From NCBI RefSeq assembly GCF_041146345.1, contig NW_027191402.1, forward strand, positions 1,054,001-1,118,000: 64,000 nucleotides of DNA, given 5' to 3'. The notes beneath the pieces were generated by a model. It saw nothing but the letters and a program-made list of their open reading frames with translations. It was not told the origin of the DNA and searched no databases. The position numbers and the translations under genes were made by a program. How positions within the stretch are numbered: position 1 is the stretch's first letter; each line of letters starts with the position of its first letter. Source of the DNA: Neodothiora populina. Taxonomy: Eukaryota. This document shows positions 24,355 to 35,749 of this stretch, piece after piece.

Positions 24355-26007
24355 ATGTTTGATTTTATACGCAAAGAACCTCGCTCGGAGGTTATAACTT
24401 CAAAAGATGCAAATACCCCACAGGATCAGTCCTCGGGTCATCTTGTCCAATCCGATGCAGGTCTCATGGACCCCAATTCGGGTGTCAAGCGCGCTCTCAA
24501 GACTCGCCACTTGTCCATGATGGCACTCGCAGGCATTATCGGTCCTGGTTTACTAGTTGGTTCAGGTGGTGCTTTGGCAAGTGGTGGCCCGGCTTCGTTA
24601 TTGATCGGATTTGGAGTCATTGGCATAATCGCTTTTAGTATCATGCAGTCACTCGGCGAGATCACGACTCTCTATCCCTCTGGAGGCGCATTCACTGGTC
24701 TTGCGGATCGCTTTGTCGACAAGGCTTTCGGTGTCGCTGTCGGATGGAACTACTTCATCATCTGGGTTGCTGTGCTGGCCAACGAGTACAACACTGTCAG
24801 CAGTATTTTTGTGTTCTGGTCTGATAAAGTGCCGCTCTGGGGCTACTTTCTCATTTTCTGGTTCTTCTTTCTTGGGTTTCAGCTTCTTGGTGTTGAAGCA
24901 TTCGGAGAAGCCGAGTTCTGGTTGGCTTTGTTGAAGTTGGCTGGATTGGTCGCATACTTTATCTTTGCCATTATTTACGCTTCCGGAGGTTTGATCGGCC
25001 AGGCCCATGCCATTGGATTTGAGTACTGGCACAACCCGGGCGCGTTCAACGGCAATGGATTCAGAGGTGTGGCGACGGTTTTTGTCTTCTGTAGCACCTT
25101 TTACGCTGGAGTCGAATCTGTTGCAGTCGCCGCAACCGAAACCAAAAACCCATCTGTTGCTGTGCCTTTGGCCATTAGACAAGTCTTCTGGCGCATTATC
25201 TTCATATATATGGGATCCGCATTCTTTTTTGGACTTAGCTGTCCCGCCGATGCCGAGGGCCTGGCAAGCGGCGCCAGTAGGGCCCTCAAAAGCCCAATGA
25301 CTATCGCCATACAGAACGCAGGATGGAATGGAGGCGTTCACCTGATCAATGCCTTTATATTCTTGACTTGCCTGTCTGCTGTCAATTCTTCAATCTTCAT
25401 TGGATCGCGTACGCTATTGTTTATGGCACAGGACGGAAAAGCCCCGAAGCAGCTGGGCTGGGTCGACAAGAGAGGTGTCCCGATGTCAGCGATCGTCGTG
25501 ACAAACCTGTTTGGTGCCATCTCCATGATGAACGTCTCAACTGGAGCCGGCGCAGCTTACACATACATTGTCAATCTCTCCGGCGTCTCTACCTTTCTAG
25601 TCTGGGGAAGTATTTCGTTCACCCACATCCGATTCCGACAGGCATGGAATTATCAAGGTCGGTCGGTGGATGACCTGCCGTTCAAGTCGTTTGCTTATCC
25701 ATACAATGCTTACTTTGGACTTGCGGCGAACCTGTTCCTTGCTCTCGTGCAAGGCTGGACTACTCTCTCGCCGTTCAACCCTGGAAACTTCGTTGATGCT
25801 TATATCTTGTTACCGTTGTTTCCAGTCATATACATTGTGTATAAGTTGTGGAACAAGACGAAATTCTGGAGATTGGGAGAGATTGATCTCGATGAAGGCA
25901 GGAGAGTGGATGTGGACAGCGCTGTTGTTGTGGATGTAGTGGATGACAAGCCTCTGGACAAGCAAGGCATCACGGGGTATACGAAGAAGCTATGGAGGAA
26001 TTTTTGA
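24355..26007 (+). CDS. Amino acid permease (APC superfamily, YAT family)
   Basis: RHLSMMALAGIIGPGLLVGSG, FGEAEFW and ETKNP, with about 12 TM helices over 550 aa. Confidence 0.93.
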   Translation: MFDFIRKEPRSEVITSKDANTPQDQSSGHLVQSDAGLMDPNSGVKRALKTRHLSMMALAGIIGPGLLVGSGGALASGGPASLLIGFGVIGIIAFSIMQSLGEITTLYPSGGAFTGLADRFVDKAFGVAVGWNYFIIWVAVLANEYNTVSSIFVFWSDKVPLWGYFLIFWFFFLGFQLLGVEAFGEAEFWLALLKLAGLVAYFIFAIIYASGGLIGQAHAIGFEYWHNPGAFNGNGFRGVATVFVFCSTFYAGVESVAVAATETKNPSVAVPLAIRQVFWRIIFIYMGSAFFFGLSCPADAEGLASGASRALKSPMTIAIQNAGWNGGVHLINAFIFLTCLSAVNSSIFIGSRTLLFMAQDGKAPKQLGWVDKRGVPMSAIVVTNLFGAISMMNVSTGAGAAYTYIVNLSGVSTFLVWGSISFTHIRFRQAWNYQGRSVDDLPFKSFAYPYNAYFGLAANLFLALVQGWTTLSPFNPGNFVDAYILLPLFPVIYIVYKLWNKTKFWRLGEIDLDEGRRVDVDSAVVVDVVDDKPLDKQGITGYTKKLWRNF

Positions 26008-26301
26008 TAGCAATTAGCAGAGATATAATCGGGCATTACCGGTTTGTTTGGTGGTATGTCAAGAGAAATGGTCGGCGGTTCGGCGAAATAGTCACAAGCA
26101 AGCCCGTGTCTCAAATCACCGGATGGCGCGTGTTCCCGACCGAGGTACCCTGGCGTGATTTCCTTTTTGAGACTAGAAGGTCATGCAGGCCTGATGTGGG
26201 GTGTTGTGTCTCCAATAGCTTTATCTCTTATGATGTGTCTAGACCAATAAAATATATTGTTCTTTTCTTTCTTGACACAGGAAAATCGAAAAGAACCAAG
26301 A

Positions 26302-29068
26302 ATGTCTAATGAATCAGCAGTAAATGAGCGAGCGGAATCGTTGGCATCCCAAGCCAAGGCGTGTGTGGAAAGGAGAGAGCTCCAGAAAGCTTACCAGCTA
26401 GCCAAAGAGGCACTTTCGCTAGCACCACAGAACAGCAATGTGCAATCAGTGATAGCGAAATTGCAACAATCAGACAGCAATTCACAGATCCTGCCACTGT
26501 GCAGGAGCTATCTCTGGAGCAAGAAAGTGGAAGATGGAGAAACAGCTTCACAATACCTCAAGAAAAAAGAACACATTCCATTCGGAGATGTGGAGGAATT
26601 AGCGACTCTCTTCTTCGATCAGGCGGGTGCAACAAGACGAGCGAGTGTTCCGGAGACCTCACCACTACTGGACGAATTGAGTGCTGCATTACTCGCGAAC
26701 AACCACGCAATAAGAGTAGAGTTTGCCACTCGCTTTTCCAAAAAGTACGCAGTCGGCGATCCAACTCGACTTTTCAGACTCTTCTACGCACGTGGCGAGA
26801 AGTCTTTCAATGCACTCGAACAGACCATCATTGACGAGTCAATATGGTCATCAACAGAGCAATACAAGGCAGCAAAGCGAGACGCCTTTCTGCTTTCGCT
26901 CAGCAAGTTATTAGAACCTGCCGTGGAACATGCGGAATGGGTGATGCTTTTTGTTACCAGACTACTATCGACTCACGCCGAGGACCTCAGACAGCAGCCC
27001 CAGCTCAGATGGCCCACTTTGCTGACCTCGGACAATTTCGAGATCGTGCTCATGTGGCTTGACATACGCGCTCCGGTAACAGTCCGAGCTCAAGCTACAT
27101 TAGCAACGACCAGATTCCTTGAGGAAATGAAGGAAGATGGTAAAGGCGAAGAAACAGTGCACAACTTCATCAGAGACCAAGTGGCCAAGACTCACAATGA
27201 CGATCTGATTATTGCATTTTCTGCTGCCACGACATGTTTTCCTCTGTGTCCACAGACAGTTACTAAACTATTCCTCACTCCGGGATTTCTGGAAGGGCTT
27301 GTGCCGACGTTACAAAAGAATGCATATGGACATGGATCTGGAGGGTGCGTATTTCCTTCTCGCTTTTTGATAACACGTCGACTCACATATCCGCAGTAAA
27401 AGCCACAAGCTCGAAAAGGCATCGCTAGATCTGATGAGCGCCGCCTGCATCGACAAAGCATGCAGAGAGGCGATTCGAAAGCAATGTTCGGATTGGCTGG
27501 ACGACATTGCAAACACGCATGAGGAAGAGGAGTATGCCAGCTTGGCTGCACTGATCTTGTCGAAGATTGGGTAAGTCTTCCACCTACCTGTATGTTTAGA
27601 TCGACAGAAAAAGAAAATCCCGTTTGCTTGTTATTGCCTGCTTTGAACCTTTCGCGTGGCTTTTTTCGTGCTGCTGTCAGAAGAAAAGCTGACAGTCTTT
27701 TAAAGACAACAAGAAGTCACAGCCGAGTCTTCAGGAGTTGTGGCAAACTACGAAGGACTGCCTTCGATGCTCATGAATATGACCGTCAACTCCACGAGCA
27801 ACGCCGCCAAAGCCAGCTCAATCGAAGGACTTGCGTATACTTCGTTGAAAGGCAAAGTAAAGGAGGAAATCATCGCAAACACAAGGGTCCTCGATGAGTT
27901 GGTCAAGGTACTCAAGACAGGTTCACCGTCAGATCCCGCAGTATTTGGCATTTTAACTATCTTTGCCAACGTCACTGCGTATCGACCTGTATTGACCGAA
28001 GAACAAAAGAAAATGTCACAGCTGAAGTCGTATGCGAACTCGTCGAAGCCGACGCCCGACGATCCGCTGGACGACGATGCACAAGTCACAATTCGATGCA
28101 AGAAGGTGATAGATGCGGGTCTAGTGCCTGCAATAGCGAGCCAGCCGGTCAAGACTATGTCGGCCATTGGACTCAATCAATTTGCCATGATTCTCAATTC
28201 CCTGGCGAGAGAGCAAAAGAGCAGAGGTATTCTCGCTCAGCAGGGTGCGGTCAAGATGCTCTCGCAAATCTTGGATCGACTTCAGGGCACCGGCGCTGCC
28301 CATGAGGGCCCATATCGTGTCGCGTCACATGCGCTTGCCAGAATACTGATCTCTGTCAATCCAGCTCATGTCTTTAGCGCTGTGCTTCCTGCCGCTTCAG
28401 CAATTCGACCACTCAACGCCCTCCTAAAGCAAGACGTCGACGCAGAGATTCGAGATCTATTGCCCACATTCGAATCCTTGCTGGCATTGACAAATTTAGC
28501 ATCAACAGACGACGACTCGCTCCGAGAGGCGGTCATTCGCACAACATGGCAGGATCTCGAGGATCTTCTTCTTGCACGAAACGAACTAGTACAGCGGGCA
28601 GCAGTGGAACTGGTCTGCAATCTCGTGGCATCACCGCAAGGAGTGATGAAATTTGCAGACGGCAGTCCTCAGGCCAATAATCGACTTCATATCCTTCTCG
28701 CACTTGCCGATGTGGAAGACCTAGCGACGCGACGAGCGGCAGGTGGCGCACTGGCTATGCTTACAGAATGGGACAAGGCTGCAGAAGCAGTATTGAAAAA
28801 GGACAGAGGAGTCAAGATCCTGTTGCAGATGTGTGAAGATACAGACGAGATGAAACACAGAGGTGTTGTGAGTCTGTTGAATCTGGTCTCGGTGCCGGAT
28901 GACCAAGCTGTGGAAAAAGCAGTCTCGATCATCAAGGAGGAAGAAGGTGTGGAGATACTAAAGGATATGTTGAGGGGAACTCGGGACCAACAGATTCTTA
29001 GTTTGGGCGTGGAGCTGCTTAAGAAGATTTTGAAGCCTGGGTCGGAGAAGAAATTGATCTCGGGGTGA
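26302..29068 (+). CDS. SHE4: UCS-domain myosin chaperone (She4/CRO1/Rng3/UNC-45 family); introns 27345-27396 and 27571-27705
   Basis: LMSAACIDKACREAI, SIEGLAYTSL, RGILAQQGAV, ALARILISVNP, FESLLALTNLAS, VQRAAVELVCNL and AAGGALAML. Confidence 0.9.
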
Positions 29069-29389
29069 GGAAAACAAAACGCAAAGCGGCATGTCTATAC
29101 CGGACCCTGGAGTTAGTAGCAAGAGGACGGGCGTTTCTGGAAGGAGCGGGATGTTTCCGCGCCAAGACGCGAAGCTCTCCAACTTGCGTCACGCGATTAC
29201 TTGTTCGTCTCTTCAGATTGTAGATGAATTGACCTGTGAAACTTGATCAAATCTTCTGTTACCGTCGTCTCTCCACTGTCTTCGAGTGTGATCTCACTGT
29301 GATTTGCTTCCCTTGGTCCCGAGTGAAGCCTGCTTGCATCTTACCGGTTACAACCAGTTATAGAGCATTTTCCTCGAGCTGCTCTAAGC

Positions 29390-30064
29390 ATGTTCGGCCT
29401 CGTGATATCAGGACGACCACTGAACGCACAACCGACCCAACTGGCCGAAACCCAATACGCCTTCCGCATCCCCTCGGTCCCTTCATTCTCGCACTTTTCT
29501 CTGTTTCTCTTACCCGGAGCCGCGTTACCCGTCGACGTAGGTGCGACAGTATGGATTCAGCTGCCAGGAAGTCAAGACTTTAAGCTGCTCGGTGCACTGA
29601 GCATGCAGAAGCCATCTGCGATCTTCAAGATCTCGGGAGTTGGAAACACGGGGGCGCAAGGAGGTGTATTGGATGTGGATGCCATGACGGATGAGGGAGA
29701 ATCACAACCCACTCTGGATACCGCAAATTCAACTACAGATGCCCCACTGCAAGGGGAGATTGTATTGGGTATTTCCATCGAGCCTGCAGCTGCGGTCGAG
29801 CAACAACTAGCAAATTTACGGCCGTCGGCTGCCGCTACGACGAATCCGCAGTCCGCGCTCGTCAGACAGCAGCCTCCATCCGGTGTGCACAAGGTCAGCA
29901 CCAAAGTCCTGGCTCAGCGGATTATTGGGAACGCGTTTAATTTCCTGTCGAGCTTTGGCGATGGCCAGAGTGTACCTATCAAGGCGTTCCAGGAGTGGTG
30001 GAATAAATTCGAGAAAAAGATTGATCTGGATCCTACTTTTCTTGAGCGCGCGGAGCAGCAGTAG
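29390..30064 (+). CDS. OPI10: Hikeshi/OPI10-like (DUF775) Hsp70 nuclear import carrier
   Basis: MFGLVISGRP, LLGALSMQKPSAIFK, LGISIEP, IIGNAFNFLSSF and FQEWWNKFEKKIDLDPTFL. Confidence 0.9.
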   Translation: MFGLVISGRPLNAQPTQLAETQYAFRIPSVPSFSHFSLFLLPGAALPVDVGATVWIQLPGSQDFKLLGALSMQKPSAIFKISGVGNTGAQGGVLDVDAMTDEGESQPTLDTANSTTDAPLQGEIVLGISIEPAAAVEQQLANLRPSAAATTNPQSALVRQQPPSGVHKVSTKVLAQRIIGNAFNFLSSFGDGQSVPIKAFQEWWNKFEKKIDLDPTFLERAEQQ

Positions 30065-30901
30065 ATGAAGCTTTACGTCTGGAACAAGTCATGAGAGTAG
30101 ACGTGCCTGACACAATCTGATTATTCGAACATGATGTGCAATGTCATCGTTCGGCTGTATGCAAAACAAGCAAGCAAGCCGAGAGCCGTACATCAGGTCA
30201 AGCTCTGCCGCAGAGCATCACCACACGCGATACCTTGAACCAAGCAGCAAGAATCAATTCGCGGAGTTGCCAAAGTGCATTTGCTGCAGTTTCACACGAG
30301 TGCCGAGTTGAAGGACCACAATGAGACGCTGGCTAGGTGTGTGGGGCCCGACTAAGATAGCTTGAGAAGGTTGTCGTTCTTCTTGCCACTGACACACTTC
30401 GTCCATCGAGACTGCTTGTATAGCACTTGGCTAACAAAATTGCAAAACATGTCCTTGATGCAGATACTGTATTTCCGTGATGCAAGAGAGTCCTGCAGAA
30501 CTAGGTACACATCGGATTAATGGGCTCACCTTAAAGGGCTTCGTTCCTGCCTTTTTGGCACAAAGCTTGGCTTTCGAGGTCGTCACTGCCTTGGCTGGAA
30601 TTTACCTTAGGCTGCTTGTCACTGTTTCTCGATTCCGTGCATCCGGACTTTTAAGATGGAAGGCAGCCTCGTGGAAAGTGCGGGATTTGGCTGGGAATGA
30701 AGAGAAGCGACTCGGTCAGGTATCAGGCCACTTGTAGTAATGATGTACGAAGGGATATCGGAATACCAAGACATCATACGAACATATACAGCTTTCCTCA
30801 TCAATTTCCGCCGAGAACACGGCCCAAGTAACATAAGAGGAAATCCTGCTCGCTTCAGAACAGCCGTCACCACATTCTTCCGTAACCTCATTCAGCAGCG
30901 C

Positions 30902-31617
30902 TCACACAATGCGCCTAACCTTGCCGGTTTCGACCTCGTATATCCACCCACTGATTGCGATGTCATCCGCAACCAGCTTTGTCTGTCTCAAGAACTTGAC
31001 GTCGTTTTCGACTGCCGACTCCAGTCTATGCGTTGATTTTGTTAGTGACTATTAGGCGAGGTGAAGACCACGCTAGCTATTCCAGTCGACGTGACCAGAA
31101 CAAGGGAGGAAACGGAGTTACTCAACTCGTTGAATGGCAAGAAATCAAATCCGCCTAACTCATTCGCCGCTTCTTCGCCGAGGTTCTTCTCGACGATACC
31201 TTTGGCGTCCGCGTTGGTAAAGGTCAACATGCCGCAGCCTGATTTCTTTCTTCGTCAGCCTCTCGTATAATCTCTCGTGCTCTGATCGCCATCACGACAA
31301 CAACACCAGCTGCGGGAATTTATAAACGGAAAGAAGTACAAACCAGTGTGTTTAACAAGCACAATCTCCCTCGTACCCAACAACTGCTGCGAAATAACAA
31401 TACTCCTCAACGAGTCCTCTGCGCTGGCCCCAGCATTGCGAATCACATGTGCGTCGCCGAGTCCGATACCAAATGCTGCGGCGGGATCGATGCGCGCGTC
31501 CATGCATGTGAGGACGAGGTATTTCTTGCTTGGTGGAAGAGCGAGATCGCCTTGTGTGAAGGTTGAAGCGTAGGTCGCGTTGGAGGTTTGGAGGGATTGT
31601 TGGATTGAGGAGGACAT
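30902..31617 (-). CDS. Beta-class carbonic anhydrase; introns 31239-31343 and 31026-31126
   Basis: Zn ligands LTCMDARID and HTGCGM (spliced), HVIRNAG, and C-terminal GWIYEVETGKVRRIV. Confidence 0.9.
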
Positions 31618-33018
31618 TTTTATTTTATTTTATTTTATTTCTCTCTATAATCCTTCTCAAGGGATGGAGCAAGAGGGATGATGCGGTCTGGGGACTTTTT
31701 CTTGTCTGGCAAAGCTATGAAATCGCTGGAGCTTAAGCTGTGTATAGATCTGATTGATGTAGCTATACTAACTCAGCAGGGTTAAATTGGATCTCGTGCT
31801 TTGTAGGAACAACACAGTACAGTGCAAGGATAGTATGACACCGCGGGATGTATCGATATCTGTAACTTACCTACTCTACCCCTCAGTACTGTATTTCTGT
31901 TATGTTCCATATACCTGGGCAAGGTGGGGTCATTACTGTAGATAGGGGAACCTTGTAGCTCGCGTCAGCCGCGGCTATGATTGCGCCATCGAATCGAGCG
32001 TAGATCTCCAGGCAGCAACCCATCGTATCTTGTGTAATAATCATTCATTTATGTTGAACACACATGAGTAAGTCGTGTTCAGCCAGTACTCCCTGTGTTA
32101 TCGCTATGCATACTGCAGAATCTCGGGACCTGTGATGCGTATCTCAGGCTCAGAGCACTGTTGGCGGGGTTCCAGGACTTCTCTCGATGAGTCAGCTAAT
32201 GTAAATTATCGAACTCTCTGTCATCCATTGGGACAGGTTCAGCGATCCGGAATCATTGTATAAAAATCATATCCACTGTACGAAACATGCACGACAGAAT
32301 CTTAAAATATTTGTCTGTAGGATAAATACCGGAAGATATGGAGGATTTGGAATTGAAGATGCCGTTGTGAACGAAACATAAGTGGACGTTCCTAGGAAAG
32401 ATGTACTTGAGTCGAACAGAGAAGTCCTGTCCTTCGCGACCTCGAGGCCAGAAAGAATCGTGCCCTTCCTCACCTTACTTTACGATAATGTGCGACAAAA
32501 CGAGAAGACCTTCTCTATCTTAGCGAGATCTAATGTTAGACAGCATCATAGGGTAGGTATTTTGCTTTACTGTACTTTGTTACAATAATCAAGGTGAAGC
32601 GAGAATTCAGGGTCCACCAAGGTGCTCTAATCCACATTCGGACAACAATCCGGAAACGGACATTGTGCCCTTCCAGCTCGAGGCATTCGACAGTGACTCC
32701 AACATACTGTGCCAGCCCCCCGATTTATCACGACTATGGAACACGATGTTATTCCGCATGCGACAATACCTGTCATAGTGGTACAATAAGAAGAACACAA
32801 AGGATGTTGGATCATAAAGAGAAGGTGAGGTGAAGCGGCTGCGACTTCTATCTCTTCTCTCCTTCCCTTCTTCCTTGTGGCAAGTAAATACAATCCGTCT
32901 CCCTTGGTCTGGATTTCTTTCTCTGGTCATACGGGTCATACGCCTTGCAACTTATCAAGTCTCGATACACAACAAGAACTCAACAACACTCCTTTCTTTC
33001 CTTCTCGGTGTGACAACA

Positions 33019-34755
33019 ATGGCAGGACTGAGACGTCTGCTCGGTTATTTCAGCCCTGCATCTACTGCGCCCACGCGTAAACTCGCCGGTACCCGAAACA
33101 ACCACCAGCAACATCATCATCGTCAAGATCATCATAATCGACCTGTATACTATGATGAAGTGACCTCTCCGAGCGAGTTTCCTATATTCGACTTTTCACC
33201 TGCGCAGAATGCTACAAGTCCCTCACGTCGTAGTAATTGGGCGGCCTTCGACCTTTTGCCTGCTGATGCGTTGAAACACGATATCCCCGTCAAAGGTAGA
33301 AGTGTGCCCGGTGTTTCTCTGAAACGCAAAGCCAACGCTGAACATGAACTCGGTGCATCACGCAACGGCAAAAGAGCCAAGGTCATCGCTCTTAATGACG
33401 AGACAGAAGATGAACTAAATGGAAGTACGTTTGTTGATCTGACTACTGAAGATGATGATGATGGTGACGATGATGAGCAACTGAAGGATCTGCATGCTAG
33501 GGGTCATCAATGGCAAGATCATGACGAAGGGGATCAAACTTTGCTTAACGTCGACGTGGAGGAAGATGATACCATCGTTGTTGATCCTGTTCCTTCCTTG
33601 TCCAGTGTCGAGCAAGGCGACGATCATGACGACGAAGAGCAAGAACCCGCCCATCCAGAGGCTCGATTAATCCCTGGGTCCGTCGCACACACGAATCTGC
33701 AAGCTCAGCATCATGACCCACTGCCAGAGCAACTCCATGCACTGCCTGAGGTCCAAGCTGGACAAGAAGCAGCATCAGCAGCAGCGGACAACCGACCGCT
33801 TCGCATCATTCGCCAATTCCGTCGCACGCTCAATGCTCCTCATTCGCCCCTGACCCCATCCATTTTCATCAGCGAACAATCTCTTCTCGATCTCGGCTGG
33901 CCAGACGACACTGTGTGCCTTATCCAAAAGCTACATCAGCGTGGTCGTGAGCCCATTTTACCCTCACACTGGCAGATGGATTTTGAGTACCTTCCCGCAG
34001 AGCTTTTCTTTCCTGTCGCCATGGTCGATCGTTTGCCAGAAGACAGTTTGCCTTTCATTCGATCTTTAGGCCATCGACCTGACTTCCACGCGTCCAGAGC
34101 TCTCGGTATATTGTTTCGTCTACCTAGTCGAGCGCGTGATCGTGTTCAGATGGACTTGCCGCCCGAGGCTACGCTCGAACGGGGTATTGCAGCTTATCTG
34201 ACTTGGGCCTATGCAGATGCCGGCATACCTGCCCCGTCAACTGCAGATCTTAACCCTAACCGAACCCCTCGAAGGATTGCATTAACTCTTCAGGATCCCG
34301 GAGTTCAGCGGATGCCACAACTCGTCGTTACTCACACTTGTCCGCGAACGCTGGACTCCAAACATCTTGAGCACGCAGTTTTGAAAGAACTGAACACTCT
34401 ACATCAAGCCTGGAGAAGACATCTGGCACACCTCGAACAATGCCTGACGGACGATGCTGTCTTCTGGGACGAAGTCGAACCTCCAACCGTCTACGCAATC
34501 GTCATTTCCCATACGAACATCGCCATCGTATCATATGCCGGTACAGCGATGCGTCAAGTCGGCCATTTCGACCTCGGCGTCGATGGCCTGGATGTTTGGA
34601 ACGCACTCGCTTTGTCGATTGTAGCCATTCATGTCAGAAACGTGTGCAGTGCAGTCTTCGAGGTCTATGCGGATCTCTTGTCGGACGAAGGAGGGATTGG
34701 CAGTGGGGATGGAGGTGCTGCAAGTCACGATGACAATGATGATCCAGATCTTTGA
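33019..34755 (+). CDS. Hypothetical protein with an acidic/His-rich disordered N-half and an ordered C-terminal domain
   Basis: Long open frame with a good ATG context (ACAATGG). The C-half (RGREPILPSHWQMDF..PPTVYAIVISHT..DVWNALALSIV) looks like a folded fungal domain of unknown function. Confidence 0.75.
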   Translation: MAGLRRLLGYFSPASTAPTRKLAGTRNNHQQHHHRQDHHNRPVYYDEVTSPSEFPIFDFSPAQNATSPSRRSNWAAFDLLPADALKHDIPVKGRSVPGVSLKRKANAEHELGASRNGKRAKVIALNDETEDELNGSTFVDLTTEDDDDGDDDEQLKDLHARGHQWQDHDEGDQTLLNVDVEEDDTIVVDPVPSLSSVEQGDDHDDEEQEPAHPEARLIPGSVAHTNLQAQHHDPLPEQLHALPEVQAGQEAASAAADNRPLRIIRQFRRTLNAPHSPLTPSIFISEQSLLDLGWPDDTVCLIQKLHQRGREPILPSHWQMDFEYLPAELFFPVAMVDRLPEDSLPFIRSLGHRPDFHASRALGILFRLPSRARDRVQMDLPPEATLERGIAAYLTWAYADAGIPAPSTADLNPNRTPRRIALTLQDPGVQRMPQLVVTHTCPRTLDSKHLEHAVLKELNTLHQAWRRHLAHLEQCLTDDAVFWDEVEPPTVYAIVISHTNIAIVSYAGTAMRQVGHFDLGVDGLDVWNALALSIVAIHVRNVCSAVFEVYADLLSDEGGIGSGDGGAASHDDNDDPDL

Positions 34756-35082
34756 TTGTTGTTTCGCTCTGCTTTTGTCTGTCTTTTGTTGACGCCTTTG
34801 CTTTTTTCCACTTTGCACAGGACCACTTCGAGGTCCTTCTTCTTTGTCGTTTACCCTAGATACCCTCTCTAATGACTTGGTCCTCGTTATCGACCGAGTC
34901 TTGTAGCTTTCTATTGTTCATTCTCAATAGTAATTTTTCCTAGTTAGTATCAATCAAGATCTGTCCCTCTCAGTCGAACCTTTCCGTTTGTACGTTGACA
35001 TACACTTTGTCTACAGCTGCACCGCTCATGACTGGCTTTCCGTATCTCCTTTGTGATCTCATCAAGTTTTCCTGGACATCGG

Positions 35083-35420
35083 GTACAAATGGAGTCGTTT
35101 GTCGTCATGAACCATTTACTTACCATGTAGTCATTAGGGATACACCATGTAGTCATTAAGAACTCACATAGTCATGAGGACATGGACAATCGATCAGTGT
35201 TTCATTGACTGTTCACTGAGAACCCGACAACTCTTCACTTGACACTCACTGATCATCTATCAGGAAGTCGTTGACCATCTACCGAGTGGTCATTAAAAGC
35301 TCGTTAACTGTTCATCGGGAGATCATTCATTATTCATTATTCGTTAGGAGTTCATTGTCTGTTCACCAGAGACTCATTACCTGTTCATCCTAAACTCATC
35401 AGTCTCACCGGCCATTCAAT
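35083..35420. repeat. Degenerate 11/22-bp tandem array, copy 1 (consensus about AGAGACTCATTGCCTGTTCATT)
   Basis: Units with a 22-nt period, e.g. ACCATGTAGTCATTA at 35122 and 35144, AGGAGTTCATTGTCTGTTCACC and AGAGACTCATTACCTGTTCATC. Confidence 0.8.
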
Positions 35421-35749
35421 ATCAGGCCATCAAGTAGAACGGAGCTGCTTCGCACAGGCATAACATTGAAGTGGACGAGCAGCGAGAGTAGCAATCCAAT
35501 CACAAAAAGCTAAAAAATTATCACAGGCAGGCATATCGAAGGCAGGAAGGAAAAGGAGCCCCACGCAGTGGCGCCGTCCGCGCAGGACAACACCACGGCG
35601 TGGGGAAACAAGATGGGAAGTCTATGGAATGTGTGCAATCAAATGAATCGGGCTAGCGTGTCTATGCACTACGTGTCACCTACTCGCGACAGAGGTGAGT
35701 GGGGGGTATATCTTTTTCTCGTCAATCGTTTCTTCGGGTCGTGCTTCAC

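Noticed and set aside
15549..26007. GH35 + MCH1 + GH32 + permease as a sugar-utilisation cluster
   Set aside because: MCH1 and the amino acid permease are not sugar porters, and no regulator or shared motif was evident.
30130..30740. Possible small spliced gene on the minus strand between Hikeshi and carbonic anhydrase
   Set aside because: One intron-like segment exists, but there is no convincing start codon or recognisable product.
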